The notes: generated by a model not told the origin, from the sequence alone. Numbered from the stretch's first letter, positions 30,708-45,400 are shown. The stretch: 64,000 nucleotides of DNA from Trichoplax adhaerens (GCF_000150275.1 NW_002060949.1:2477836-2541835); one strand, 5' to 3'. Numbers and translations: made by a program.

Positions 30708-30794
30708 CCGTACATTCAATGAATACATTAATGCTTTAGAATTTTGTGTATAAAAGCAATTAACGTACTGCGTGTTTTTAGAAAATTGGAAATA

Positions 30795-30925
30795 TGGCGT
30801 TCCTCGAGCGCGCTGAGACTCTTTCGAAAATGAAAATTCAGTTATGTGATTGAGAGCACTCTGGACTTGTAACTTGATCACCTGTACCTCGGAGGCTCGG
30901 ACATCCATATCGATAGTTTACGCCA
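30795..30925 (+). ncRNA. Candidate box H/ACA snoRNA in the last host intron
   Basis: GC-richer island closed by TGGCGT/ACGCCA, with a hairpin containing a GCTGA/TCAGT stem, an H-box-like AGAGCA at about 30853 and ACA at 30901-30903. Pocket geometry is imperfect. Confidence 0.3.
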
Positions 30926-32066
30926 GCTAATGTGAATTCCTCAAATTTCTTTATAGTTGTCAATAAAACATTTTCTTTATTTCAACAAAACTATTTATTA
31001 TGGAACTTGTGTGAAATCAGTTAACCAGTTAATGAAAATTAGCCAGAATCACAATGGACACTTATTTAATTTATAGAAGATTTTAATGCATGAAAGCGGA
31101 TAAAAGTCATCAATTCATAGATTTTGAAGTAGTTCTAGAAATTTAGACTCTAATTAACATCGTCAGCGGCTATATCAAGTCAGCTCATAGTATGCAGCCT
31201 ATGTATTCAGTAATAAACAGTACTGTAGTTACTTTTTAGATATTCATAAACTCCCAGAATAAATATTCGTAGTATTACCGTACAATATTGTCAATGGCAG
31301 TATCAAGGACTACACTAATGTTGAACATACAACCTTTATGCATTGATGTTAAACTTTGTTCCTCAAGACTTTGAAACTATCGAATACGGTGAAGTAGAAT
31401 TTGATTTATTTATTATCATCGCAGCCCGAAATGATGTAAATTTTATAGTCAATACAGTAGTAAGAAAATGAGATTGCGTTGGTAAAAACACGAAGATCAT
31501 TGAGACACCGATGCACCAATATCAAATACCAATTTTCCATAAAAACCACCGCTGTCTTAAGCATTCTTTAAGTACAATCGTCGGTTATTCTGCCTTAAAG
31601 TTAAAAGAGGTAAAATGCAACCCTGCATGATAGAGGACTTTTTAGAATCATCTCATCGTCTATCGCCGAGATTCGGGCGCGCGGACAGGCAGACACTCAA
31701 TACTGCCTTCCGTCAAACCCTAGCTAGTACGATGGGCTCTATTATGATTATACTGGACAGTGTAAGGTATACTGTATAATTAGTTATGTAATAATAATAA
31801 TAACAATTATACAGTAAATTATTATACGCTCAATCCGAGCGGAAGAAGAAATCTACAATCTAAATAGTTCAATCAGTCCATGTTCAAGGCTAAAAATTGT
31901 GTCTATATTTTAGTGTTCTAACTTGTCATTAGTTACTGATTACCATTACATAAGCGTATGTACAGTATAATATAATAGAGAAAAGTAAGATGTCACTAAA
32001 GAGTTCCGATGAATGCTAATTATGCAGATATCATAAAGCAAAGAAGATAATTCATGATCATTATCT

Positions 32067-35000
32067 ATGGACAGATCAGAATTATGCGATAGAGGTATTG
32101 TACGCGTATATAGTAGAGATTAACAATATAGTCGTCATTGGATGAGTTAGTTTTAAAATTTCATGGCAATGATGTTTTGCGTCTACATAGGGTGTAAACT
32201 GTGTAGTGAATTAATTTCGTGCATCCGACCTTGCATCCGTAAATCAATCTTATGCCATTTGCTATCATCAGCACAATATTATGGGTAGTGTTGTGTAAAA
32301 TGTAAATGCTGTTCACTTACTATTTTATAACACTCTATCTTGTTTACAAAATTCAATCTGGACCTATTCACTATATAATTGAATCGATCTCGATTCTCTT
32401 CTACTGTAAGGTATTACTAGTTTGCGGTAAACTACTGTACCTTGCATAATAGCACTAACAGTACGAGTAATGGCTTGCCAGAATGGACATAGTAAAATCT
32501 GTACCACTAGAAATTAACCTCTGTTCTTGAAACGTACTTGATTTTCGCTAAATTAATACTATACTATTATTATTACGGTAGAAAGCGTAATCAATAAATA
32601 GATTTGATAATTCAACTACCAAAGTAAGTAATCAGCAAGGTCATTGACGATCAAATGAGAAGGAAATTATTAATATCAGTGTATGAAAGCAAGTTAAGTA
32701 AAGCTTTCTCTACCATGTATCTTTATAACCGACAGATAGTCTATTAACGCCTGCGGTTAATAATGCCAGCGTTGGCTTTATTCACTCTCCGGGCTGCTGC
32801 CACTGGATATACAAGTAAGTTTTTATAAAATAAAACACAAATAATTAACATTGGAATAATGGATCTTATTGTTATGATCGCTCAACCGTTAGCTTCCATC
32901 TTGACGTAATTTTAGTAATTTAAGATACTATTCTTCCTATGGGATATAAGAAATAACGATCTAGGTAATGCAGGCCAGAGAGTCATAAAAATGAACATTA
33001 TAAACAAGAATAAAAAAAAAGTATCGTAGAACAAGATACAGTAGTTGAATCATGTAGTAATCACTATATCATCTATGAATAAATAGAATAAATTGAAATA
33101 AGAGTGTAGCACAAGCATTTATACTCAAAACACGCTTATAATGCAATGGTGATGATTAAATATATCCGATGATACATGCAGTAGGTTATTTCATACAATT
33201 CGGTTTAACAGGGGTAAATCTAAGTTCCTGTGATTCGTATAATCATATTACCATAAAGAAAAAATTCTGCAGGTATTGATGAGACGCTATAGCGCCATAA
33301 AATAGTACTAAAATTATCTGCGATTATCGTCAAAGTCCCTTAGGAGATTTATTATTCAGACCGTTACAATTTTCGCGGGTTTGATTAACATGACTTCAAG
33401 AAAACATTAAGATAGCACAGGCAATACTGTAAGCTACATTGCTTAAGTGTTGTATCATCATTGCTGAGTTTAAAGATTGCGGACGAGCTGGTGTAAAATT
33501 GCATGATTAAAATCTGTGATGAATGTAAACATATGTTAATAAGAATATACATACGTAAATCTAATTTAAATCTTATTGTGCTCGTATACAGCAGTGAGCC
33601 ACTTAAATCTCCGTTATTTTAAGTGAGGTATTATTATAAAGTCTATTAAAAGCAAAGCTGATCTTATACTGTGCAAAATCGATAACCCAATCGATCTTCC
33701 CAAGATATCCGTAGCAATTTCAACATTTTTTTACATCACTACTATCCTATACTTAAATAATATCGTGGACCCATGAACTAAATATTTTTATTAAGACTTT
33801 CCAATTGCAAGATTGACTACTTACTTCTTAATTATATTTATTAACAGAGGCACAACGAAAACAGTTTTATGGGCTTCACTCATCTCTGCAATAGGAGGTT
33901 TACTCTTTGGCTATGATATTGGTAAAATTTACTTTTCACCTAAATTTAATTTTAATGAAATTTATTACTCACTACACAATTATGCTAGTACGTGTATTTA
34001 GCAGCGAGAAGGTAATTCATAAATTTTTCAGTAAACAAGTGGATTGGCTAAATTAAAGTATAGCTTGAAAGCGTAAGATTCCTACCATTACTATTTAAAT
34101 TTATATGCTCCATATCACTTCATAATTAGGCGTTATTTCCGGAGCTATTTTGCAGCTACAGAAAGTTTTCAATCTTAACTGCATTGAACGCGAGAGAATT
34201 GTCGGAGTCATGCTAGCCGGTGCTGTTGGTGGTTCTATTGTCGGAGGTGCAGCAACTTTTATTCTGCAGTTAATGAAATTATGTAGCATCTTTTCCTGTT
34301 ATCTTATCGTAGTGACATAGACTATAAAACGTCCAAATTACTGCGATTAGCTCTCGCTGTAAGTGAATGATAAACTTGACAACTGCATCTCCCCATTGAT
34401 AATTTCTAATACGTATCTCGTTCCTTTCTGTAGCGAAAGATCATACGAGCACTAAAGCATTTGCAATCTAGTTATGGTGTCTCCTAGTCTTAGTATACAG
34501 TTTACGGCACATGATTTATCTATTTTGTTCCTAGATAAAGATTGATATGCGTACAGTATATTTGACACTAAATAATGGAATAGATTCATTTTACGATTTG
34601 GAAAGCGTCATCTTGCATGAATAGAATTTTCGTTTTTTCGTCGATTTTTTGACGACCCTGTTCGAAAAGCGTTACGTCGAATTGTATAATTCAATATGTG
34701 ACAGCTTTCTTGTGACAAGCATTATAATTTATGTAATTTTACTGTAAAATCTCTATACTTATTATTACTGTGTATTCAAGTTAGAAACGATATCCTTTTA
34801 CAATCTAGAATGTAACCTCTAATACTGTCTAAAATTCTTTTGCTGACATAGGTTATATGATCGATAAATTAGGACGCTGGACATCGATATTATTAAATTC
34901 AATTGTATTTATAATTGGTGCGTTGGTGATGAGTCTAGCCCATAATTATGCTACTCTGGTACGAAAAAAATTTAATTACTCCACCTCTTCTTTTTCCTCG

Positions 35001-37824
35001 CCTGTTAGGGTTCAACGCTTATTTGTAAAAACTGTTCTTTGCATATATAATGAATCACATTCATCATTATTATAACAGATTGTTGGCCGCATTCTCATCG
35101 GATTTGCTGTGGCTATCTCAGCCATGGCAGAATGTGTATACATAGCAGAAATTGCTCCTAGTGTAAGCACAATAATAATAGTACATTTTTCTTACAGTGG
35201 CTTCTATTATACATTTAAACTTGCTCCTTTGATTATATTATTAGAACCGACGTGGAAGCTTAATTACTCTCAATGAGTTATTCATTACTTTGGGATTACT
35301 TTTGGCGTATTTAATCAACTATATTTTCATTGATGTGGCCAATGGATGGTAAGAAAACTCAATATTTCTAAAACCATGCTTATAATTAATTATTAATTAA
35401 TTTTACTAACTAACGTACCGCATTTGTTCATGTGTTCATTACTGTAGCGATCATGTACTATGTTTTTTTCTAGTAACTATTAATTGCTGTACATATATTA
35501 ACTAAAGCATACCGGCAGTTTTATTATCTATAGTATATAACGGTAGCATAGGATAAATAATTCTCATCAATAGCGAAAGTCAAAAGCTTCATACAACTTG
35601 AACTACAGTATGTATAGGTTTTGTTAAGGGTATAATTATAAATAATGCTAGAATTATCTTGAAGAGGTAGTTTGTTTTTGAGCTTTAAATTAACAATTTT
35701 ATTCTCTATTTCGATATCTTCTTGGCATTTAAGCCATCTAACCTTACAACAACTATGAATTACAAACTTTTAGGCGATTTATGTTTGGTTTATCCGCACT
35801 ACCGGCTGTCTTTTTGGCTGTTTCCACATATTTTTTGCCAAACAGCCCACGCTGGCTTTTGACCCGTGGAAGAGAAAGAGATGTAAGTTATTATGTTTTC
35901 AAGTAGCATACTAGGCATATATGTTCAAAAACTATAATTAACAAAAATTCATGCCTCTAACAGGCTCTTACGACACTACAAAAAATTAGAGAAACAAATG
36001 ATGTTACAACAGAATTTCAACTAATAAAGGAAAGTCTGTCCGCGGAAAATGCAAGTATTGCTACTACAAGATCAAAAAAATCTTTCCGAAATAGTGCTTA
36101 TCTGGCAGTTTGTGCTGACATGATGTTGTTTATTATTATCAATGCAGTCTTACACCTTTCGAAGTTTGTTTAGCTCTCAAGGCAAACTACGTAAACGACT
36201 TGGGATTGTGGTATTACTGGCATTATTTCAGCAGGTATAGCTATATTTTCTTATATTACGATGTGTCACCAGCAATTTTAATGCATATTTTTCGATAATT
36301 GTCCTCACGAGAATTAAAATTTTCGTGTGATCCGTGATGAGCATACTTTAAGGCCTTACTACATAAACTTCACAGCTTACAGGCCAACCAAATATATTAT
36401 ACTACGCTCCCACAATCTTTAAATCTATTGGATTCTCGAATGGTTCTGATGCTACACTTGCCACCGTTGGCTTAGGGATGATCAAGGTAATAATCCATCT
36501 CTTATTTATCAGTTAAAGATTTTACCTTTAGGGATATGACAAACTGTAGCATACTCACATTTTGGGCTTTATTACTAGACGATTTTCACATTTATCGTAC
36601 TGCTTGGAATAGACAAAATAGGTAAGATTTACTCCTAGACTAAGTTAAGGAAGGTACGGTATCTCTGGTCTGCCTTTAATTATCTTACTATTTTATCTAA
36701 GGACGTAGAACCGCCTTAATTGTTGGTTCTTCTGCTATTGCTATAAGCTTAATTGTATTGGGAATTGTATCGAGTTCTTATCCCAACATTCAGAAGCCAT
36801 GTTCTCTTAATGCATCCAGCAATTATTTCATACTACAAGGTTGCAAGTTATATATTAAGCTTTGACAATTGTTAGCAATAACACTTTATCTAAGTAATAT
36901 TTAAATCATATCAGGTAATGGATCGACTTCAGATGGTAATGCGACCTTGGTGGTTAAAATTATGTCGTTTACATCCTTATTAGCTTTTGTAGCTGCGTAT
37001 GCTTTTGGATTCGGACCAGGCAACTATCTCATTACCTTTAATTGTTATCATAGTTTGAGTCATACCACTTAATATATACCTTTATGCTATTTCGTAATTT
37101 ACTTTAGTGACTTGGATCTTGATTAGCGAGTTATTTCCTCCCGGGATTAAAGGACGCGCTTCTTCAGTCGCAAGTTTAACCAATTGGCTAACCAATTTTT
37201 TAATATCTTTCACTTTCTTGGATCTGTCAGGTAATGGTGCATACATAGTGATAGATCTTGCATAAATAAGTCTAAATTGCAACACAAATTATCCAACACG
37301 AATTAATTATTGGCCATAAGTTATTTACTAATCGTAATTTGCATAAAAATTTTTAAATTAATTATACCCGAAATCTCATCGTGTGAAATGTTGGCCTTAA
37401 ATTATCTACAAACGCTAATTTGTATAAACTTGCTTTCGCTTCACTAATTACCCTCCAAAATACTGATAGTAACAGATATTATATATTTAATACAGATTCC
37501 ATAGGACTTTCCGCTTTATTCTTCATATATGGCGGAATTAGCTTTATTTCTGTTGGCTTTATCGTTTCTCAAGTACCTGAAACCAAAAGAAAGACACTAG
37601 AGGAAATATCTACCGATATGACAGCTCCCCATACGATTTCATTTCCATGCTATTGGAGAAAAGGACATGCTGGTCGGCTTCCGCTAGGAAATGAAATTTT
37701 GCTTCAGCACTCTTCATCGTTTGAAAAATACGCTCATTATGAGCCACCTAGCGGTACTCTTGAACTACCCGAATCTCCAACATCTCCATCCCCTAACCCT
37801 ATCAATGACAGCCATTTCGCATAA
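32067..37824 (+). CDS. Class III facilitative glucose transporter (SLC2A10/SLC2A12-like). Exons 32067-32094, 32736-32814, 33848-33921, 34130-34246, 34852-34958, 35079-35162, 35245-35348, 35774-35882, 35964-36050, 36148-36234, 36376-36486, 36579-36621, 36702-36839, 36915-37019, 37108-37230, 37496-37824
   Basis: [67 protein letters not shown] (GLUT10/12 signature), [27 protein letters not shown]. The N-terminal dileucine motif DRDSLL supports the first exon. Confidence 0.93.
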
Positions 37825-40800
37825 AATAAAATAAATTATTTCTCTAGGAATTAAGGACAAAAAGGCTAATATGAAAGATTGGGTTAATTAGCATTATACT
37901 AAATTTATTGCATTTTTGTGATCGCTTCTACTAGGGCATTTTATAAGGCACATCAGGAAAAAAATACTTCCCTGTATATTTATTGCATATTTATTAATCC
38001 CTTGTGTATTATACACGTAAATACATATAGCATTCAAGGATTCATCGACAAGAAAAACACCTTTTGATGTAATTGCTCAAAATTCTATTCATTTATCGAA
38101 CTTGATGTTAAACATATTTATGAAGATGTATGTGCATAGTAGTTTATTCAATTAATGGGCGAACTATTTTGTGATCATATCGCTGAAATACGCGTGTAGC
38201 AGGAAACACTGTGATAAAATTAAAACAAATCGTCCTATGGACTAATATCGTATATACATCTACTTAAATAAATATTAGAGCTTATAATCGTTAGCTCTAC
38301 TATTTTGTTTGCTCCGCATTTTGATGTACCCAATACATATTACAGTCACTATAATGCTGTATGGTAAGACAGTCCTTTCACTCAGTGATATCGTACTCTA
38401 TTGCCAGCGGCAAGGTGGGGCAGTCTCTCCATTCTTCACTCTACAGAAAATGATAATATTATACTACAACATTGAAGCACTGGCTTGAATTGTTTATTCT
38501 CGTAATTTGTATTGAATTCAACAACACTTGTATTCTCTCTTATTTCTTGATCTGCTAATTAAATTAACGTAATGTACGTTAATCCAGCTAGAAGGTACCT
38601 TGGCATTAAAATATTGTCATCTCAAATTACTTTCATCTTTCAACATTTTATCCAAGATGATTTAAGGATACTTCCTCTCCTTCCCCTGGATAAAAAATAG
38701 ACTGGTTTGATCGGTCTACTTTTGTCAATTATGCACCCTAAAAAAATGTCAATGAAACTAAACGTCTATCATGGAAATAATATTAGATCAGCACAGTGAA
38801 GTAATCTTATAGCAGTAACACTTCTTTCATGCTAAAACACTATGCAAAATATCTTGTTGATGTTGCCTGGTCTAGGCGAGCAGCGATGAACTTTTCTAGC
38901 CAGAATAACCTTAAACTACAACATGCTAACATTCTACTGCATCTAAGGTAATACGCACGTAGTCCATACGTATTACGTTCAATAAACGTTTCAACACCTA
39001 TTGGCAACACAGTATTGTCGTCGACTGTATACAGTACAATAGATTGAGTGAAGTACAGTACAATGGATTGAGTGAACCAAATTGTTACTATTCACTTATT
39101 TTACCGTCAAATGGAACGAAGTAAAACAAAAGGAAGAGCGACTGACACCAACTAGATATTCACTCGTTGGGTCTTTTGTTAGATTGCAACATATTATCTA
39201 TAACTAATTCCTTTGTTATCAATCTTAATCAGTTGTACAGTCTTTCCGAAGAAGAATCATCAATCCATTACAGTATTACTGCAACTGGATGCTTTCTCCT
39301 TATTGCTAGTTCTTTAGTAAGCTAGTAATGTGCCTAGAATGTCTAAGAGGAATTTTTTCCACCGGTAGTAAAAGGTAAGACTATCATAACTGAGTGAATG
39401 CATTTAATTGATCTTAACTTCAATTTTTTGCAAGGATTTTCTTTTCATTTCATTTGGTTTGTTACTTGAACAACGTAGTTTACAGTACAGCAATGGATAG
39501 CCGCCAACTGTTTATATTATAGTTTATAGTTTACCGTATACAAATAACTTTACAAAACTGATCCACATTGGAGAGTGGAAACTATTGCAAAAAAAAAACG
39601 TTCACTGCATCCATGTTGATATTTCTGTACATCCGCGGATTCAACAAGTGGCTGCAGTTGTCAACAATGAAATGAACAACATTTTACAATATTTTAAGCA
39701 GAATGCTTACAACGTAAACTTGATTACAATTAACTTTCTACTGTGTATTGCAGGACTTCTTGCGCTTGATTTTACCTAATCAGCACTTACTTTATCGTTT
39801 GATCGTTTTAATCGTACTGTAATTCAAGCTATTTGTTACTTAACAATTTGATACGATAATGAACCAATTAAGAACTTAGCAGACCAATTTTCTATGAGAA
39901 GGACAGTATTATTTCCATTATCATTAATAGGTCATACAGTAACAAGACTTTATGCCTTAAGTTTAGCAAACGCAATGTCTTCTAAGTTACAGTACTAGTA
40001 TACGAATATACAGTATAGTAACTAAAAGGTCGAATACATATATGCATTTCAATCGTACAGTCTTAAACTACATATCGTCTACTCTAAATTGCATCATAAA
40101 TAACAAACAGTTATAGTCAACCAGGGGTAGCGAAGACTTAAATAATCCTTAATACTGTACGTGTAAATCAGTTTGGCACAGCTTTAAACTGGCATTGAAA
40201 ATAGACAAACGTGCTCTTACGATAACAGTTATTAATTTAAAAGTTTCATAACAACGGCTCATAAATAAATCGATTAGATGAATCCAGATAGATGATTTGT
40301 ATATTTTAAATTTTAAGGTATATAGAATCTGTTTTGAGATGCCCTACTATATTCTACGTGTATCGCTCTGGTGACTGAGTATATCAGCCAATAAAAATGT
40401 TAGATAGGAACATCATCCTCAACAGTTAATGAATTGTATAATTTGTTCATAGATTATAAATTTACTATACTTAGTGTACAGTACTGTACCATTTCAAAGA
40501 CCAGGCTGACTGTTGTTTCAATTCCCAATAGAATATTTAATGGCAAACATTGATAATTGATATATGCTGCAACACTTTTGGCGTATAATACAATGTAAAA
40601 TGTACTGCGCAATCGGTACAGTAAGAATAAAGTATCATGTACATGTCTATTAGAATAGACTATAAATGGCACGCATTTATATAGTGCACCTAAATTGAAA
40701 GAACAGTCGTAGATTAAGACTCTAATGCCAACTGCTCCTAATCAGACGTGTCTGACAGGTTGGGTGTTTAATATACTGTGTCGAAAATATAATCAACTCA

Positions 40801-41140
40801 TACTGTATCAATATACATTACTGACACGCACAGTATACGGTTATTGCTTTACTCTTTATATTTATTTGTCTTATTTTATATCGTCCCAGAATCATAGCAG
40901 CGTCAAATTTTTGTTTTTATGAAAATTTATTACCTGTCGAACAGTTACTACTCATGATGATGATTATTTTTACCGTATCGTATAACACGTACGAATTATA
41001 TAATTTATAATTGACGTAATCTATGGAGTGGATAGTCCATTTCGTCACGTTATATATATATGTTGCCCAATTTCTTACATTGCCCGTAACCTATGTTGTT
41101 GTCACGCTCGCGAATCGCATATAATTAATGTAAGAAAATT

Positions 41141-41294
41141 TACTTTTTGCGCTGTACTGTATAGTGTATGCTTTGGTGAGAGAAAGTACTAAAATTGGTG
41201 GTATAATAATTATAATTAATCTAAGATAGTTTACTCTTTGTACTGTACTGTATAGTGTATGCTTTGGCGTAGAGAAAGTACTAGAATTGGTGGT
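41141..41294. repeat. Imperfect direct duplication of about 62 bp (41141-41202 and 41232-41294)
   Basis: CTGTACTGTATAGTGTATGCTTTGG..AGAGAAAGTACTA.AATTGGTGGT occurs twice, about 91 bp apart. Confidence 0.85.
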
Positions 41295-42430
41295 TTCTTC
41301 CCACAGTTCTGTATTATGCTACCAACTCCGATGCCCCTAAGCGAACAGTACACTGTACATGAATAACTCATGACAGTCTAGTGCAAAACGCAAACTTGAA
41401 ATTGTACATGGAAATACGCCCAGTAAAGTCAATACGTACAGTGTATGCAGTACAGTATCTGATTAAACTTAGTCTAGGACGTAAAATGATCCTTCTTCAG
41501 AATAGTGCTATGTGTCAAATAGGCACATACGCATACCGATAAATATAGCTTACAATACGTAATACAATATAACACGTATATGTTATGGCAACGTATAGCT
41601 AGTTGTTGGAAACCGGCTGATATTGTATAATATTCTACTTGGTCTTGAATTTACTTGTATTTTGTACAATAAAATCCTGCAAATTTCCAATTTTTCCTAA
41701 AATCCATGTGAAAATTAAATTTCCTTAGCGACGGAATCCTTTTCAGCCCTGCTCCTATGTAGTTTCTCCGTCTCCAAAGTGATATACTATACAATGTACA
41801 GTATGGTACTGTTACAGTGCAGTATTGTATTGTAATTAGTATACTAATAAGTTCCAAGTTCAAAGGTTGTATCGTCACATTAGGAACAAGGTATAGTAGA
41901 GTAAAAGGAAATAATAACAAATCTAACTTTAAAAGTTAATAACCGCGTGTACTGTATCGGTATATAACAGGTATATATATATATATATAGTATCGGTACA
42001 ACTAGAAAGCCAGTTAACTATGTAAATATATACAGTACAGAGAAAACACTGTCATAATCGATTCCCAGTGAATTACCGACGTTGTCACTCCATTACCATA
42101 TATTTATTTGCAAGGATAGTGAGAAAGACTGCATTGGATTGAGACGAGTTTAAAAAGCGCAGAGACGGCCATATAGCGCTGCTACTACGGATAATCATTT
42201 AACAAATATTAGAAAACTTAGACCTTGTAATAATCATAGGATGCAGATGTATTGGTATTGTACAATGAACAGAAATTAGCATCAAGTTTAGAACTTCAAA
42301 TGAAATTGCTATTTTTCACGTTTTTTTACTGAAGGAAATAGATTTCAACTTGAATGTAATTCAATTTAATATAATTTAATTTAAACTTTACAGAGTACCA
42401 TCGCAACAAAAATCTGACCAGTGTTGTGGG

Positions 42431-45400
42431 ATGATGGTTTCTTCGCTTGCTAAACTGTTTAAAAAGGTATGAAATGCTTAAATATCTTATTAAGATATAT
42501 CAATATATATAGGGAAGATATTTCATTCCAATCTACAGTTTTTAAAATCGAGGGGTTTTTTTCTTTGCTCCAATACAGTAACAGTCTACCGTAACCATAC
42601 TATCATACGTACATAAAAGCGTACTTTTTACGCATCACTTCCGTTATCACTGTAGTTTCGAGTTTCGTCTTTCAGGTTATGTTGAAATTAAATAAATTGT
42701 ATAGTAAAAATATGTGCTATTGTAGTATTAAAGTAGCTTAAGTATCATCGTAATAATATTTATAAACGCCTCGCAACTACGACATGATCGAACAGAGTGA
42801 TTAATGTTAAATTGATTTTGATCAGTACGACGACATCCTACTCTGTACGTGTAAGCATGCCACGGCTGGACGGTAAATGGACACTTGTTGCTTTCAATGA
42901 TGATTTTGACTTACAACAAATTAGTTCTAGTTAACCAAGATCGTCATTCGTACCCTTCGTTATCAATTAAAGTGGTTATTTTAGCTTTTAATTTTGTATC
43001 AGTATGCAGTAATAAAATAAGAAGAAGCACTGCAATTGATTTTTTTTGCTGATTATTTGAAATGATAAGTCTTCACGTTTATTAAGCACTAGACTTACAG
43101 TAGTTACTAATGGAATTAATATTGCATCAATTAATATTGCATCTACAGTAATCATGCAGTATTCTTTTTCTCTTGATTTAATGAACCTACATCATTACTG
43201 CGTTGTATCATTTTTGTTCGGATAAAGTATCATCACACATCAGAAATATCGATTTTTACGTTTTGTTTAGTCTCACGTATATTCAAAATCTTAGCTATCT
43301 CACTCTATGTGCGACATGTAGGTGTACAGCATACGATAAATTTAGATATACTAATACAGTACATAGATGACGATAGAACTTTCCTCGAACGATCATATTC
43401 AGGTTAAATCAAATAAACGCAATTTTAAACTGTTTGGTTCGCGTAACTCGGAACAGTATGCGCTCGTAAATACTGTGGTAAGACTTCAAAAAGTGTGAAA
43501 TAATCACTTGAAAACTTGAAGTATTAATAAGACCGCGTTCGCATTGTGAATTGGCATCATTCAACTACACACTATCGCAGTAGCAATTCGTTTCAAACTA
43601 CAGTACAGTGCACCATTTACGATAACTGGCTAACTAATAGAGCCTGTAGTATTTGGTATTGTTAAATGAACATGTTTTGGTAGCTATGCATGCTACTGTA
43701 TGTTTTAATGATTGATAACTGTTTACAGTTTACTTCAAACACTCGGTAAACAGTTACACCCATCACGGTAATATTTTTTAGAATTTTTTTGTTACTGACT
43801 ATACAGGTTCCGTAGCGGTATGCTGTTTGTTTGCCCAGACACAGATATGTTGTACTGAGCTTATATAAAGTTTACTGTATTGCACCTTTATCTTCATTAA
43901 ATTATCCAATTAAATCAAATCAATTCTGGGCAGTCCGAACTTCAAATTAGAACATCATTAACTTGGATTAATTCACTTACGTAACTGTATAGACGTATGT
44001 ACTTTTATACTAATACTATTTACTGTACTGGACATCTACGCATATTATTAAATACGATATTTTTAAATATAAACTTTTTTCTTTTTATATGTAAAGCGCA
44101 CAGCACCGTACGAGACTACGAGTCCAGTATATTGATTCATTGATTTTATAAAGCTTGAACACTGTTTAAGTACTTTTGAGATTCAGATTAAATTTAAGTA
44201 AGATACCATTATTTTTTATTTGTATTAAAGCAACCAGCTATTCAGCTAAATCATTTCTTTCCAAATTATACAGTCACTCAACCGTGAAATCTGATAGGAT
44301 TGCATAAGTTTTTCGTCATTACCTTTTATACTCTAATTACAGTGCTTATCTTGAGAGCTTAACTTGGAATTTTTAAACAGCAGTCATCTTATTTTCGATC
44401 CATACGACTTACATATCTGCTGATTGATAAACTGCTAAATGCAGTACTAACAGTGGTATTATTTTGCACTTGTTACGAACAAAAAATGTGATACTCGATA
44501 GTAGTTCATTGTTAATTCATAAATTTTGTAAAGGTCGTTAAGGACAACCACTGTATGAAATTATTAAGTACGACTTATCCAACAAATAATATATAACTTT
44601 TAGAAGGCTCGACCGATTATATCTAGAAGAAATACTGAGCAAGAAAATGTGCTTGAAAAAGAAATTCCGTACATAACGCCAGATTTATCACATTTAACTG
44701 TTCATGAACTAAAAATACTTAAGGAAGTATTAGAGAAGCAAAGTAAATTTGAAGCCGATACCGACGAATTTAAAAGGTTCTTACTTAGCACTACTGCAGA
44801 TTACTAATAAAATTATAGGCACCTGTAAGGAGTAACACGTATATGCATTGATTAATTATTATCATATATAAACTAAATGGAGAATTAGTTACTATGGTAT
44901 TGTGAATAATTAATTATTTTTAGGCAACTAAACGATAAAGTACGAGATTGGGATAAAAGACTAACTGCTCCTGGTAAAGATCGCAATCGCTGCCAAAATT
45001 GCTATACTACAAAGTTTGTAGATGGTCATGGTCGTATCTGCCATAACTGTAAATCAACAATCTGCGGGCGATGTGGCCTGTATACTCCATCGTCGCCTGA
45101 TCCTAAGGTAACTTATTGTAATCCATATGTGAAGATTAAACTTCAGTATCTAATGACTCGTTGTATAAGAAAATATATACCTTACCATATGCCTAATAGT
45201 CCTATAAGTTTGGTGATAAATAAGCATTGCTTAAAAAATCATTCTAATTGCAATACTAACTTTATATTGAAAATAGCAAAGTAAAACAGCATGGAGATGT
45301 AAAGTCTGTTGGTATAATATGGAATTCTATCACAAGACAGGATTTTGGTATCATGGTAGTCGCTCTGAACTAGTAGTTAATCGTAGGGAACTAATGGGTT

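Larger units (their letters stand above)
29009..30985 (+). ncRNA. Multi-exon snoRNA host transcript (SNHG/GAS5-like). Clear donors at 29211, 30183, 30466; acceptors at 30116, 30405, 30739, 30956; AATAAA at 30962
   Basis: Short exons with no long ORF (best spliced ORF found is 44 aa). Most introns hold one snoRNA-like element shortly upstream of the 3' splice site, and a poly(A) signal follows the last acceptor. The exon structure between 29426 and 29810 is unresolved. Confidence 0.78.

Noticed and set aside
38599-38737. Apparent minus-strand exon with good splice sites between the GLUT and RIM genes
   Set aside because: No start codon in the candidate upstream exon, an early stop and no recognisable product; such sites arise by chance in AT-rich DNA.
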